Source of the DNA: Narcine bancroftii
Taxonomy: Eukaryota
Assembly: GCF_036971445.1 (NCBI RefSeq)
Contig: NC_091474.1
Span: 152,892,001-152,956,000, forward strand
DNA: 64,000 nt
Reading direction: 5' to 3'
In this document: positions 26,701-40,700 of the stretch, piece after piece
How the letters are laid out: each line of letters begins with the position of its first letter
Position numbering within the stretch: position 1 is the stretch's first letter
Notes under the pieces: generated by a model
Told to the model about the DNA's origin: nothing
Databases searched by the model: none
Seen by the model: the letters and a program-made list of their open reading frames with translations, nothing else
Translations under genes and position numbers: made by a program

Positions 26701-29700
26701 TGGAAGATAACAAATTGAAACATCTTTTAACATTTCTCTGTTAGAATTACTTATCATAACTTGCTATTGAGGTTGAAAGTGTGGATGTTTTATACTGCTG
26801 AAAACTCAAAGAATTAAAGTAAATCAAGATGAAATGACATAAACAGTACATCAATCTGGAACTTAATAATGTCTTGACTCTTAAACATCAAAACAGAAAA
26901 TATTATTTCTAACAAGTAGTTAAATATGCACACTATTAATTTTAATGTAATTATTTATTGAAAACACTTAAACATTTTGTGTTAGAATAGATAGTGAGGT
27001 GGAGGAGGATAAAGGTCATGCAAGGACTGCATGTAGAGAGAGAAATCAAAGGTTTGTACATGATAGAAATGTTCCTGGGTGCATTTATTTCAATGCAATG
27101 AGTATTGTTGGAATAATTCCAGAGTTCTGTTGTTTCAGACATGATAGAAGGGGAGGGGGGATGAAAGGAGTGGCATTGGTAGTCAGTGTAAATATCACAG
27201 TTCGTCTACAGAGGCCATATGGATGGAGCTGAGGAACAGGAAAGACCGTATTATAGACCGCCCAAAAGTCAGAGAGAATTGCAGGAGCAAATCTGTAGAG
27301 AGATAGCAGACTAATGTAAGACACAGAAAGTTCTCAGTTTTATGCAGATGTGTTGATCCACTATGTGATAAGTGTAACATTTTTGAAGCTTCACTGATTC
27401 ATATGTTTTGGGAGTGCCTCAATTTAGGAACATTTTGGGAAATATATTTTACAAACTTTATCAATGATTTTTAAGATCAAAAGAGAATCATGCCCTTTAA
27501 TTGCTTTGTAGGGTTTTCTTGTGAACCTAATATACCTCTGTCTGCAACCCAAGAGAAACTTATAGCTTTTAGCATGTTGATAGCCAGACAAGCAATTCTA
27601 ATGAAATGGAAAGATGACTCTTCACCTACTCATGCACAGTGGTTACAGATTTAATATATTTAAGTTTGGAGAAAATTTGATACAACATTAAAGATAGAAA
27701 GTTTCAATTTGACAAGACATGGGGCCAATTCATAGATTATAATCACGATTGGAAGATTTAAGAAATCTTGATGCTCCGGAGACTCTTTGTTTAGTGTCTG
27801 AAGGTCGCTATTCGATCCATATCTTTAGAATTTTTTACAAAGTAACCTTAACTAAGGAAGGGGGATAGATTAGATTAGTTTTAGGGTTTTGTTTTCTTTT
27901 TTTGTAGTTTAATTTGTTAAATATGGGTTTAAATATTGTTGTCAATAATCATATCATAAATAAGACAGAATTTACCCTTTATTTAGATCAAGGAATTGTT
28001 TAATTCAGTCTTACTTATTTTCTATCCAGAACTATTTTGGAATATATTAGGGCAAAGAGATAAATTGTTAATTGCTATATTGATAGGATTTAATGTTTTA
28101 AAGAAATATTGTTACATAAATAAATATGGATAGGTTTTCTATTTACATTTATATTTAATTTGTGTTATGTAAATGATATGGCCTGTTGTTTATTATATTA
28201 GAAGACTTTCTATATAGGATTTTTATGTTAAACTCAATAAAAATATTTTAAAAAGAAAAAGAAACAGAAAGTTGTGATAATAGGAGATTTTAACTTTGCA
28301 CATATTGACTGGGACTCACATACTGTAAAAGGGCTGGATGGCTTGTGTTATATGCATTCAGGAAAGTTTTATAAATCAATATAGAAGTACCAATGAGAGA
28401 GGATGCATTACTTAATCTCTTATTAGGAAACCAGATAGGTCAGGTGACAGAAATATGTGTGGGTGAACATTTTGTCATTAGTTTCAAGATAATTATGGAT
28501 AAGGATAGGTTGGTCCTTGAGCTGCAATTCTAAATTGGAGAAAGGCTAATTTTGTGGAAATGAGAAAGGATTAAGGAAGAGTGGATTGGGATAAATTGTT
28601 TTCTGCCAAGGATGCAGAAGGCCTTCAAAGGTGAAAGTTTGAGAGTGCAGAGTTTGCATCTTCATGTCAGGATTAAAGGCAAAGTTAACAGGCATAGGGA
28701 ACTTTGGTTTTCAAGGGATATTAGCAATCTGGTTAAGAAGAAGAGAGAGATGTATAGCAGCTACAGGCAACAAGGAGAAAATTAGATACTAGAGGTACTA
28801 GAAGAGTACAGAAAAAGTAAGAAAAGAAGGAAATCAGGAAGGCAAAAGAAGACATGAAGTTGCTTTGGCAGATAATGTGAAGCTAAGCCCAAAGGGTTTC
28901 TACAAGTACTTTAAGAGTAAAAGGATAGTAAGGGGCAAAATTGATCCCCTAGAAGATCAGAGTGGTTGTCTATGTGTGGAGCCAAACAAAATGGAGGGGA
29001 TCTTAAACAGTTTTTTGCATCAGTATTTACTCAGGAAACTGGCTTAGTGCAAAAAGAAGAAAGGGAAACAAGCAGTAGTGGCATGGAAAATATAGAGATA
29101 AAGAAGGAGGAGGTGTTTGCTGTCTTACAGCAAATAAAGGTAGATAAATCCCTTGGGCCAGACCTGACATTCCCTCAGACTTTGAATGAGACTAATGTAG
29201 AAATTGCAGGGGCCCTGGCAGAAATATATGAAATGTCCTTAGCCACAAGTGAGGTGCCAGAGGATTGAAGGGTAGCTTGTGCTGTTCTGTTGTTTAAATA
29301 AGGCTCCAAAAGTAAACAAGGAAATTACATGTTGGTTCACCTGATATCAGTATTGGGTCAATTATTGGAGGGTAAGATAGGATATACAGACAAGGGGTGA
29401 TTATGGATAGTCAGCAAGGCTTTGTGCATGGTAGGTCATGTTTAATGAATCTTATAGAATTTTTTTGAGGAGATTATGAAGAAAGTAGATGAAGGAAAGT
29501 CTGTGTATCTTGTCTATATGGAATTTAGTAGAACCTTTGACAAGATTCCACATGGGAGGTTAATTTATAAGGTTAAGACACTAGGGATCCATGGAGAGGT
29601 CATAAAATGGATTTGAAATTGGCTGAATAGGAGAAGACAGAGAGTGGTAGTGGATGATTGCTTCTCAGTCCGGAGGCCTGTGATGAGTAGTATGCCTCAG

Positions 29701-32700
29701 GGATTGGGGCTGGGACCATTGTTGTTTGTTGTCTATATCAATGGTCTGGATGATAATGTAGGAAATTGGATCACCAAGTTTGCTGATAACACTAAGAGTT
29801 GAGGGTTGTGGACAGCGAGGAAGGCTTTCAAAGCTTACAGAGGGATTTGGACCAACTGGAAATATGGGCCAGAAAATGGCAGATGGAATTAATCCTGATG
29901 AGTGTGATATGCTGCATTTGGAAGGACAAACCAAGGTAGGACATACTCAGTAAATGGTAGGGCACCAAGGAGTGCAGAGGAACAAATTCATCTGGGAATA
30001 CCGAAACATCATTCCATGAAAGTGACATCACCTGTAGACAGGGTTGGAAAGAAAGCTTTTGGCATCTTGGCCTTCATAAATCAAAGTATTAAGTACAGGA
30101 GTTGGAATGTTATGGTAAGGTTGTATAAGGCATTGATGAGGCCAAAATTTGAGTATTGTGTGCAGTTCTGGCCGCCAAACTGCAGGAAGGATATCAGTAA
30201 AATTGAAAGAGTGCAGAGAAGATTTACTAGGATGTTGCCAGGTCTTCAGAAGTTAAGTTACAGGGAAAGATTAAACAGGCTGGGACTTTATTCCTTAAAA
30301 CATAGAAGAATGAGGGGAGTATGATAATTTACAAAATTCTGAGGAGAGTCGACAGAGTTCTTTCCACTTAGATTGGGGAATATAAATATGAGAGCTCATA
30401 GATTTCAGATGAAAGGGGAAATGTTTAGAGGGAACATTAGAGGGAAATTCTTCACTCAAGAGTGGTGGGAGTGTGGAATGAGCTACCATCTGATGTGGTG
30501 AATACCAGCTCAATCCTTAACTGTTTTCTGCTTTTCAATCTGTCTTGTAACCATACTGTGTGAGAGGGAGTACATATCCTGTAGCAACTGATTGAAGACT
30601 TGTTTGTTTCGGGTTATAAAAGCTTGTTCTCTTCCTGATACAGGGCAGAGTCTCTGTTGTGGACTCTCCAAGGTTAACCTTCTCAATAAACTCTTCTGAA
30701 ATGATCTCCTGGGCTGTGTTTTCTATTTAAATAATTATAGAGTCCCGAAGAAATCGGCAACAAGGGTTTTGGAATGGATGCATGTCAGTGAAACTACTAG
30801 AGGAATGATGTTTCATAAAATAGAAGGGCAGAATGGCCTGATTTCTGTGCTGAAGTTTTTTATGGTTTCTATTTAAGTTAGCAATTTTACTTCTATTCCG
30901 TTCATTGATGGGTTCCATCATTATATTCGAAAACTTCAACTTTAACTCCTCTCATTCTCCAAATAATAGGAGTTAGCATGGGAACCTATATATGTTCTAG
31001 TTTTGTGGAATATTCTATCATCTAATAATTCTCAAGTCCCTCATTAATCTCTTCTCCCAGTACAGAAATTGGACTAATTTCCTGCTCTCACCCTGACTTG
31101 CAGTTATATCTATTTTCTGGCCCAAATCGTTACACAGTCCAAATCAGAATCTTCCTTTCCCTTTCTCAGCATTGCCTTCTCCATTTTAGGGATAGATTAG
31201 CATTCAACATTCATTAAAAGACAACAGTCTCCCAGCTGCCTTGGCCATACTTCCTCTCATCACAGTTCCTACAAGGACCACACTATTTGTTTTACCCCAG
31301 CTGCTCATCTTTTTCACATCTGTCCAGAAGAATGAGAGGGGATCGTGTAAAAATGAATAAAATTATGAAAGGGATCTAATAAGAGACAGGATAGTTGACT
31401 GCACTGGTAGATGCGACTGGAACTATGGGGCATAGCCTCAAGAATCAGGGAAGTAGATTTAAGACAGAGGAGGAACTGCTTTTCGCAGACAGCAGTGTGG
31501 AATTCTCTGCCCAAGAATTAACCTGTTGCATAATAGAGGAAATAAGAGTTATGAAGAAAAGGCAGGCAGTTGCACTGAGTCCAAGGCCAGATCATCCATG
31601 GTCATATTGAATGCTGGAGCAGACACAATGGGTCAGATGGGCTACTCCTGTTCCTATTTCTTATGTTCTTTTGTCCCAACTATATCCTTTACATACCATT
31701 GCTTCTTATAGTGATGGAGCGCTAGAGATACACCTGACTACTAGAGTGAGTCAGAGACTAGTTTGTTGCAGCTTAGGGGGAATTCAAGATGGATGCCTCT
31801 ACATGGTCATGAGTTCTATAGCTAATAAAGTAGAGTTGTTTTAAAAGAACCCAAGTTTCTTTATTACAATAAAAGAAACATCACATGTACCAGGAGCGAG
31901 AATCAGTCGATATCATCAGAGAAATGGAAAGTGTGAAAAATCCTGATACTGTAAATTGGACTGAAAATTTTGACTATGAGTGGAGGTTGTTAAAACCAAA
32001 TTCATGCTGTACTTGCAAGCCATTGGACTCAGTATCAAACCTGATGCATGGAGGATTCCACTGCTACTTACCATGGTGGGACCTCAAGCACTAGAGGTTT
32101 TCCATACATTTATTTTTGCCAAGGCAGAAGACGAGGGCAAGTTCGATAAGGTTATCAAGATGTTTAGTGATCAGTGTTCACCAAAGAAAAATGAAACTTT
32201 CGAGAAATACCTGTTTCATTCACATATCAGCCATACCAGAATATCAGAGCTGAGCTGAGTGTTGTCATTTGGCTTCTACTCAGACAGAGCAGAATGATCA
32301 TAGGTGCTCTATGGTTAGTAAGGGATTCCATAAGGTGGCATGTGAGTGGAAAAAAATAGGTTGAGAACCACTGGACTAGAGACTTTCTACTCTACTCCTC
32401 CTTCCTTTGGACAGACTCTTACATAATGGTTTTGTTTGCATTCTGGCTATCCTTAGTCCTTTTCCAAATTCACACTTTATCCATTGGACAAAAACTTGTA
32501 TGCTTATTCACTCTCACAACCTCTCGTCAGCTGACTGATTTTTCGTCAAGCCATTGATATATTAAACAAGATTAACCAAAATTCATGTGGGGTCCTCTCA
32601 TATTGACAAAGGAATGTTAGTGAAATTAGACACACATTTTCCATCAGTCTTCAAAAATGAAAGGAAAACCTCACAGAAATATGCTTAATGTTTGGGCTAG

Positions 32701-34695
32701 ATTAAAAAAGAGAGGTGAAAGTAAATAATTCATGAGTAAAAAATTATTATTGTTGGACTCAATGGACACAAAGAAAAATAGTGAATGGTTAGTTTCTTGA
32801 TATTGATGCTGAGAATGGTGATTGTGGGGAATGCTGCTGTTGTTCCAGCTATACACATACATATAATAAGGCTTCAACAGGACATAGAAAGGTTGACAGA
32901 ATTTTTAAGTTGGGTCAGATGGAAGAGGTTGAGGAAAAGTACGAGTTTCAAATAATTAAGCAGAAAAAAAATAGAAAGGCAGGGTGTTTTTCAATGGTGA
33001 GAGATTGAAAGATTTTGCTGTTAAGAGAGATCTGGGTATCGATATGTAGAAAATGTACAGGTGCAATGAACAATTAGGAAGGCAAATAGCATGTGAACCT
33101 TTATTGGAAACAACAGCAGTCTTTCTGCAATTATGTGGGGCTCTGGTGAGAATGCATTTGGAATTATGTACAGTTCACATAAAGATTCACTAGTATCAGG
33201 CTTGGTAATATGATGAGGGATTAAGACAGCCAATATTTCGAATGATCACATTTTGAAGTATAGGCCTTAACAGGGTAGATGTGGGGTAGATAATTCCCCT
33301 AGCTGGGATATGTGGTAATGTCATGCCCTTAAAATAAACAGAGGGTGGTCAAGGCAGACTTTAGAAGAATTTTCTTCACACAGGTGTACGAAATATGCAG
33401 TCCGGTCCCTGATTATACAAAAACAGAGGTTGATAGATTTGTCAGTGTTCAGGAATCAGGGGTATGGGGATAATGCAGCAAAATGATGTTGCAATAATTG
33501 ATGAGCCATAACCTTTTGAAAGGTGAAACAGTCATGAGGGTCTGAATACCCTAATCCTGATTTCCCTTCTTATTATCAAGGACTAAGGGATACACATACG
33601 ATCATTTATGAAATGTAATTTATAATTCACTATGGAAATATTTCAAGTCATTGACATTTTCTTAAAAATAGATGATATCTGTACAGTTTTGAATCATACT
33701 TTTCACATAGGTCATCATCCCAATGCTGAAAAAAAAACATACAAGAAATTGTAGCATTGATTTGACTTTGCCAATGTCCTCAAATTATAATATTTAAATC
33801 CTCTCTTCAGCGTCTGCATGGTTAATTGTAAGATTCTTATTATCTCACTCAATGAAATAATCTAAGATCATAGATTGGCCATCAAATCAGGGATATTTGA
33901 TATTATTGGACATGCTGCATCCAAAAATGATTTCCAACATTCATTCTTAACATATATATTCATCCTATTGAGATCTTTAATATTGTTGGGGCAAAATATC
34001 AAAGCATGTACCATGTTCTTTACAACCTCAAATGTTCATACCTTGTAATGTCTCAATTTTAACTAGTTTTCGAACAGCACCAGTTCCATCATCCATTTTC
34101 ATCCATACAACGAGCTTATCCAAAGGACTCCCTGTCATTTTATAGAAGAACTGAAGACACTGCTCGACTTTTTTGGGGTAAAGTATCCTGGACTCCAAAA
34201 TAGCAGTTTCATCTTTTGTGCCATTCTCAGTGTCAAAGTACATGAAGTATCCAGCATCTAAAATGTAAATAATTTGTTAGCAACTGAAGGAAGGGGAATT
34301 ATTTTTAAATGTAAAAAAAGAAAAAAGTTGATTTACTGTTTTACCACAGCATGACAAGTTAAGATGTAGGAATTGCCAGTAAGGAAAAAAGAGTGAAATG
34401 CAAAAGTTTGCAGATGCTGTGATTATAGTAAAAACACAGAAATTCTAAGGAGAACTCAGGAGGTCTCACAGTGTCCATGGGAGGTAAAGATATATTACTG
34501 ATGCTTTGGCCTGAGCCCTTCCTTAAGGTACATCAGTATTAAAAGACTGTTGAAAAGGGAAGAATGGGAAGGGGGAGGAGAACAGACCAACATACAAAAG
34601 ATGTTAATTGAATATGATAAGAGGACAGAAAAGAGGAAAGGAAAGAGTTGATTGAAGGAGGGGGATTGTTTTTGGGTCTATGAAAGGAGACAGAA

Positions 34696-34747
<52 letters not shown>

Positions 34748-37700
34748 AGGAAATGAATCATAGGGGAAGATGAGGTGGGGGAGCTAGTGGAAACCAGAGA
34801 AGTCGATGTGAAAGCCATCCAGTTGGAGTGTGCCCAGACAGAATATGAGGTATTATTCCTCCAGTTTTCAGGTGGTCTCAGTCTGGCAGTGCTTGAGACC
34901 ACAGACAAACATTGTCATGTGCTCCCATTGTGGTCTCTTACATCGGAGAGACTGAATTCAGACTGGGAGATAACTTCGTTGAGCACCTTGGCTCTGTCTG
35001 CTGCAATAGTGGGGATCTCCCAGTGGCCAACATCATTATCCAGACTGAGACCACTTGCAAATTGCAGCAACAACACTCATATTATGTCTCAGCACCCTCC
35101 AACCGCATAGCATTCACATTAACTTCTCCGCTTTCCGATAGACCCCCAACCCATCTTTGCCTATCTCTCCTTTCCTCTACCTCTCTCTCTCTCCTTTTCC
35201 CTCTGCCTCCTTTCACAGAGCCAAAAACAACCATCCCCCTTCCCATCAATTCTCATCTTTCCTCTCTCCTGTCCCCTTATCATATCCAATTAACAACTTT
35301 TGTTTGTTGGTCTATCTCCTCCCCCTGCTATTCTTTTCAATGGTCCTTTAATACAGATCCCCATCTGTTTTTACTCAAACCTTGTAAGAGAGCTCCAGCT
35401 GAACAATTGGCAATATATCTTTACCTCCTAAGGACGCTGCAAACCCTGTTGAGTTCCTCCAGCATTTCTGTGCTTTTATTGTGAGGAGAAAGGGCCATTT
35501 AGATATGTCAAATCACACATTTCAGGTTGAAACATACTTCAAATCAAATTCTTAATCTGCAATTAAACAAATAATTGATTTGCATTTAATTTGAAGACAA
35601 TGCTCTTTTGATAGAACAACAATTCATCTGTATAAGTTACAGATGTTTATATAATGGAGTATAACAATGCAGTAGACATCTTTCAGCAATTGCTTGACCA
35701 TTTAAGGATGTTGATGTTACAGAATTGCTGAAATACTGTAAGTATCTGATATAATAGTTATATATTAGTTCCATTGCTGGCTTGTGCATGAGTATGTCAC
35801 TATGACAAGATCTTTTTGCTTTCATCAGGAATTAAATGGATTCCCTTTGGAGACGCCCTATCTATTCTCCAATTTTAAATGGACTAGTCATGTAATTGCC
35901 TATCAGTATCAGTAGTTACTTCTCTAGCCTTTGACATTTGTAGGGTTTCCTTACAGGAAGGTAGGTAAACAGGTTTAAATGATCATTTTTCTACATTTAA
36001 ATAGCCTCCTTTTGATCAATCCTTTTGATTGCTTCACTGCAATGTTGAGCTTTCCATAAATCTCAATTTGCTGATTGGGTTTTTTCAGCTGTTGTGTCCA
36101 TGGATGGTATCTACTGCTGGAAATCTCAACAGCAATGATCTCAATCAGTCCATCAGGACTTCATCAGGCTGTCCTGATCTTAGATCTGGATTGTCGTGGG
36201 CTCAAAACCCTGCTACTCCAGAGACCATCTTTAGTGACCTAACCTCATAGCCAGTCAATATCAGTTATCCAATATTCAGCTACATGAATAAATCAGAGCC
36301 ACAGAACATTGAGCCACATCAAAGCAGGCAATCTTGGTTGCAGGTTAACTTTAGTCACAGTATAGATAGTCATTGCTGTCTCTGAGTTAGAAATGGCCAA
36401 TGAGGACACAAACTGCTGTGCGATACATCAAAACTTGACAACTTTCATTACAAATCAAAACATTTTCTCCTAAGCAGGAAATCAACCAAAGTTAGCAGAT
36501 GAACTAAAAGGGGTGGGGGGGTGGGGGGGGGGGGGGGTGGTGCAGTAATTGATTATCAAGTTTAATTGCTACTTAAATTCAGAAATAACCTGTTCCATTC
36601 ATTTTCTAGGACTAGCCTCATGCAAGACAAAACGCACACAAAGTCACCTGGAATAAATTCTGTGCTCCAAAGACCATGCAACTGGAAATCTCAGAAACTT
36701 GCCAGTCAGCATCAGATTTGCCCCAGTATTTCCCATAGGGTTGACTATATAGGCTCAAAGACATGCTTGTAAAATGGATTGAAGAGACTATTTTTTAATT
36801 TGTGCAAGATTGGAAAAGAATATCACTGTTCAAGCAGAGTTAAACCAATATCCATTCTTTAGAAAAAATAATTAAAGATCCTGTCTTTTCCTATAGGGGG
36901 TTCAGAGCTTGGGAGAACTCTAACCAAATTAAACGCTGACACATCTTCACAATGTTCAAGGATTCTTCAAATGTTTTGAACTAACATTAGTGAACAAAGT
37001 CTTTTAATAAGTAAACTACATTTTTTAATCTCAGCACTCTTTGGACGCACTTAGATAATAACATGAAAATATGTCACCATTTTAGAACTGCTAGAGAGTT
37101 TATTGTACCACAAAACAATTATACAGTTTTTTATTGCATCCTTTTTATTTGGATATAATGTTTAATCATCCAGACACTGGATTTTCACCATTCACAACTC
37201 TTATCTGAAGATTAGATGTTATTTGATACCTGGCAAGAGAAATTGATATTATTCTTTTTTTTACTGTGGACTGAATCACATTAAAGGTTAATGTGCATCA
37301 ACTCCCTATTTAACATATATTGACTGGAACGTCCTACATGCCAGAGACTTAGATGGGGTAGAGTTTGTTAAATGCTTCCAGGAGAGTTAAAACAACAAGT
37401 ACATAGCTAACCTGGAAGGGAACATACTAGACCTTATATTTTGTTCATAATTCTTTCATTCGTTGTTTACATTTCTCCCTTATGTATACTTACCTAAGTA
37501 CAGTGTACAGTTACCGTTAAGAGGAAATTCTGCCTTGTCTGCAGGAAAAAGAATCTTGTATGTGATGTCCTGTATGTACTTTGACAATAAATCTGAACTT
37601 TGGACTTTGAATTTTGAACTTGATTGGCCCAAGGGCCAAACCAGGTGATATGAGTTTCACTGGTGAAATATTTTGGGTGTAGTGATCACTCTTCCTTAAG

Positions 37701-40700
37701 TTTCAAGACAGTTATTGCCAAGGATAAACTTGGGCCTTGTAGAAAGAACTAAATTGTGGGGAGGTAAAATTATGACATATTTAAACAGGAGTTAGGGGGA
37801 GCAAACGGAGCAGCTGCTTTTGGGAAAGTAACCAATTCACAGGTAGGAGATGTTTAAGGACCAACTAATTGGCATGATCCTGTGCAAAGGATGGAGAGGG
37901 ACGGCAAGGTGAGAGAATCTTGGATGACAAGAGATGAACTTAGTCAAAAAGAGAAAGGAGGCATATGTAAGGAATCAGGAAGCTATTCCCTCGATGAATA
38001 TAAAGATTGCAGGAAAGAGCTCAAGAAGGTATTAGGAAGGCCAAAGGGAACGATGAAATGTCCTTGGTGAGCAGGATTAAGGGATTAATTAGTCACATGC
38101 GTGTAATTAGATGGTACAGGCTTGAGAAGCAGAGGACCTTTTACCGTGCTGTATCTCTAAATTAAATTAAAAATCTGAATGATAGATTAGGTAATTGATA
38201 TGCTGACAATGGTAAACTGAAAACATTTGGGGGTACACACATACCTCTGCATTTGCCATTTACAGTATGATCCTCATTTCCAGGACTGCTCTGCACATGA
38301 ATCCAATCAGCATCTTCTTCTTCTCCCTGGATCATGCCGCAGATATTAATGAACTCAAATGCACACTGGTCCAAAAGTGTCAGAGTGGAAGCTGAGGAAA
38401 GGGTTCATATGAAAATCAATTTAATTAATCAATGCTGAACTCTTTGAAGAGCATTAATTACTTCAAGTGGCAACAATTAAAATGGAACTTACTGCAATTA
38501 TACATCCGATTTAACCTCAGCAAATCAATGGCACTGAAGTCCAATCGCTGTCCAATGATTTCATCAAAAGCTGGTATCTTTGTAGTGATGGTTGGAAAAC
38601 TAACATTTTTGTTGAAGGAGAATGGTGCATAATGCATCACAGATTCATAATCATATGGAGTATTCAGGTCAGTAATATAGTTATCATCATATACCACAAA
38701 ATTGTGCTCCATACCTAAATAAAAGTATGACAGTTGAGAGTCAGCTGTAGTGAGGGGCAATTTATGTTTAAAATTAGATTCAATCTTAAATTTCCTTCAT
38801 TAGAATACTGTACAATTATGTTGGAACTATAGCTCAGACATAATACTAATAATGATGAAATCCCATTTTTCTCCGACTGGCATTAAAGGATCAGTTTAAA
38901 AATAATTATACTATCTTGTGGTTAGATGACATAGAAGATATCCATTTTGTCCATTCCTTCTTTTTTTATTTCCCTAAACATTTGAAATGATTACTCATCA
39001 ATTGCTCTTTGATTCTTTTTGTCATTATACATCACTAAGAGGCTGCCACTGGCAGGAGCTAATTAATCTACCTGCAAGTCTGGGATGTGAGAGGAAATCC
39101 ACATCCTCACAGAGAAAGAGTGCAGCATCCGAGGACAGGATCAACCCCAGATCTCTTGATCTATAGTCAACATACGCTCAACCAATGCAATATGTCTGCG
39201 AGATTCCTGAATTGAAATCTTACCTGGAATAATTTCATTCCACCAAATGTTAACATAATCATCGCGGTCTGTTCTTGATTGCTCATGGTAGAATCCAAGG
39301 GCATGCAAAAGTTCATGCTCAACAATAGCTTTTGAGTCACACCGTTCACCAATGGACAGTTCTTGGCCACTGTGTTGGTCACCAACAAAAGACCAGCACC
39401 TTTTCAATTAAGACCAAATTTAGAAGATTATATATTAGGAGAAAAATAGGTAGTTTAGAATCTAGATGGTACTTCTGAAATCTTTGAAGTAATGTGTATA
39501 ATATTCCTATAAGGTGCCATGAGAAATGCCACAAACTCAGCCGTGGCCTTCATTTATGTTTCTTTTATGATCTTAAAAAAGAATAACCCATTAACAATTG
39601 TCTCCCAGGGTCATTTCTTCCCCTGAACCAAAATACACTAACAGTGATTTAAACAAGTCATTTAAAAGTACCTTGTTAATTCCTTTGAACTGTTTCAACA
39701 ATTCTCGTTTCTACACTGCCTATAGCATAGATTCTGAAAGTAGGGCGTATGCTCCACCGGTGGGGCGTGGGGCTTAAGAATATTTTAATAGGGAATATGA
39801 ATATTTGGAGAAATAATTAAAAAGTTGGTTTGAAAAAATGAAGTTGTTATGTTGGTGTGAAAAATGTACTGTCTGTGTGGTAACTTCCAAGTAAAATCAC
39901 TTTGTTCTTTTTATTTTCATAATGTGTTTTTGCTCTTCCGATGTTTCTCTGTTGTTTTTCTTATTTTAACTATTGATATTCTTGATTAACAATATAATTA
40001 TATTTTTTCTGACCAGTTTTATTATCATCCATGTCAAATGATCTCATTGGCGATGAGGATTTAAAATGATCTCAACAATCATGTCTCCGTCCATACCCCT
40101 TTACTTTTTCAGTTCAGTAGTGAGTGAGACCTGTACTGTGTGCACCAGTGTATTGATAGGAGGGCAGTCTTCCCCAAGTGCCAGTCTGAGGGGGATGCCA
40201 AAATCAGAAAATAGAGACCCCAGAAAGTGAAGCATGAGGCTAGCACAATTTTGATGCAATCTCTGTGAGAAAAAATGTCAAAAACTGCGCTAGTGTTTTT
40301 TTTTCCACATTTTTTTTAGGGTCAGTATTCTTCCTTTGATTTAATCATTACTTTTATTACATTTTTCAAATCTAAGACAAAATAAAATATTGATTAATCT
40401 GTTTAAGGGAGCTCGCACTGTTGTATATTCAAAATGAGCAGACAAAGCAAGCAATAAGTTCTTCAATATTCAGTGGAGTTCTTGAAGTTTGAGTTTATTC
40501 CTGGTGTACACGATGAATGTGTACCTTTTTGCCTATTATGCCAACAGACTTTAACAAATGAATCAATGAAAGCAGGTGGTCTTGAAGTTCATTTGAGGGT
40601 AAAACCTCCTAACTATGTCAATTTGAAATTGGAATATTTTAAATCACTGAAAGAGAAATTTGAAAATAGATTAAAAATCACTTCATTATTCGCTGCGCTA

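Noticed and set aside
36509-36540. G-rich tract as a functional G-quadruplex (also runs at about 21277 and 46066)
   Set aside because: Simple homopolymer runs, common and error-prone, with no supporting context.
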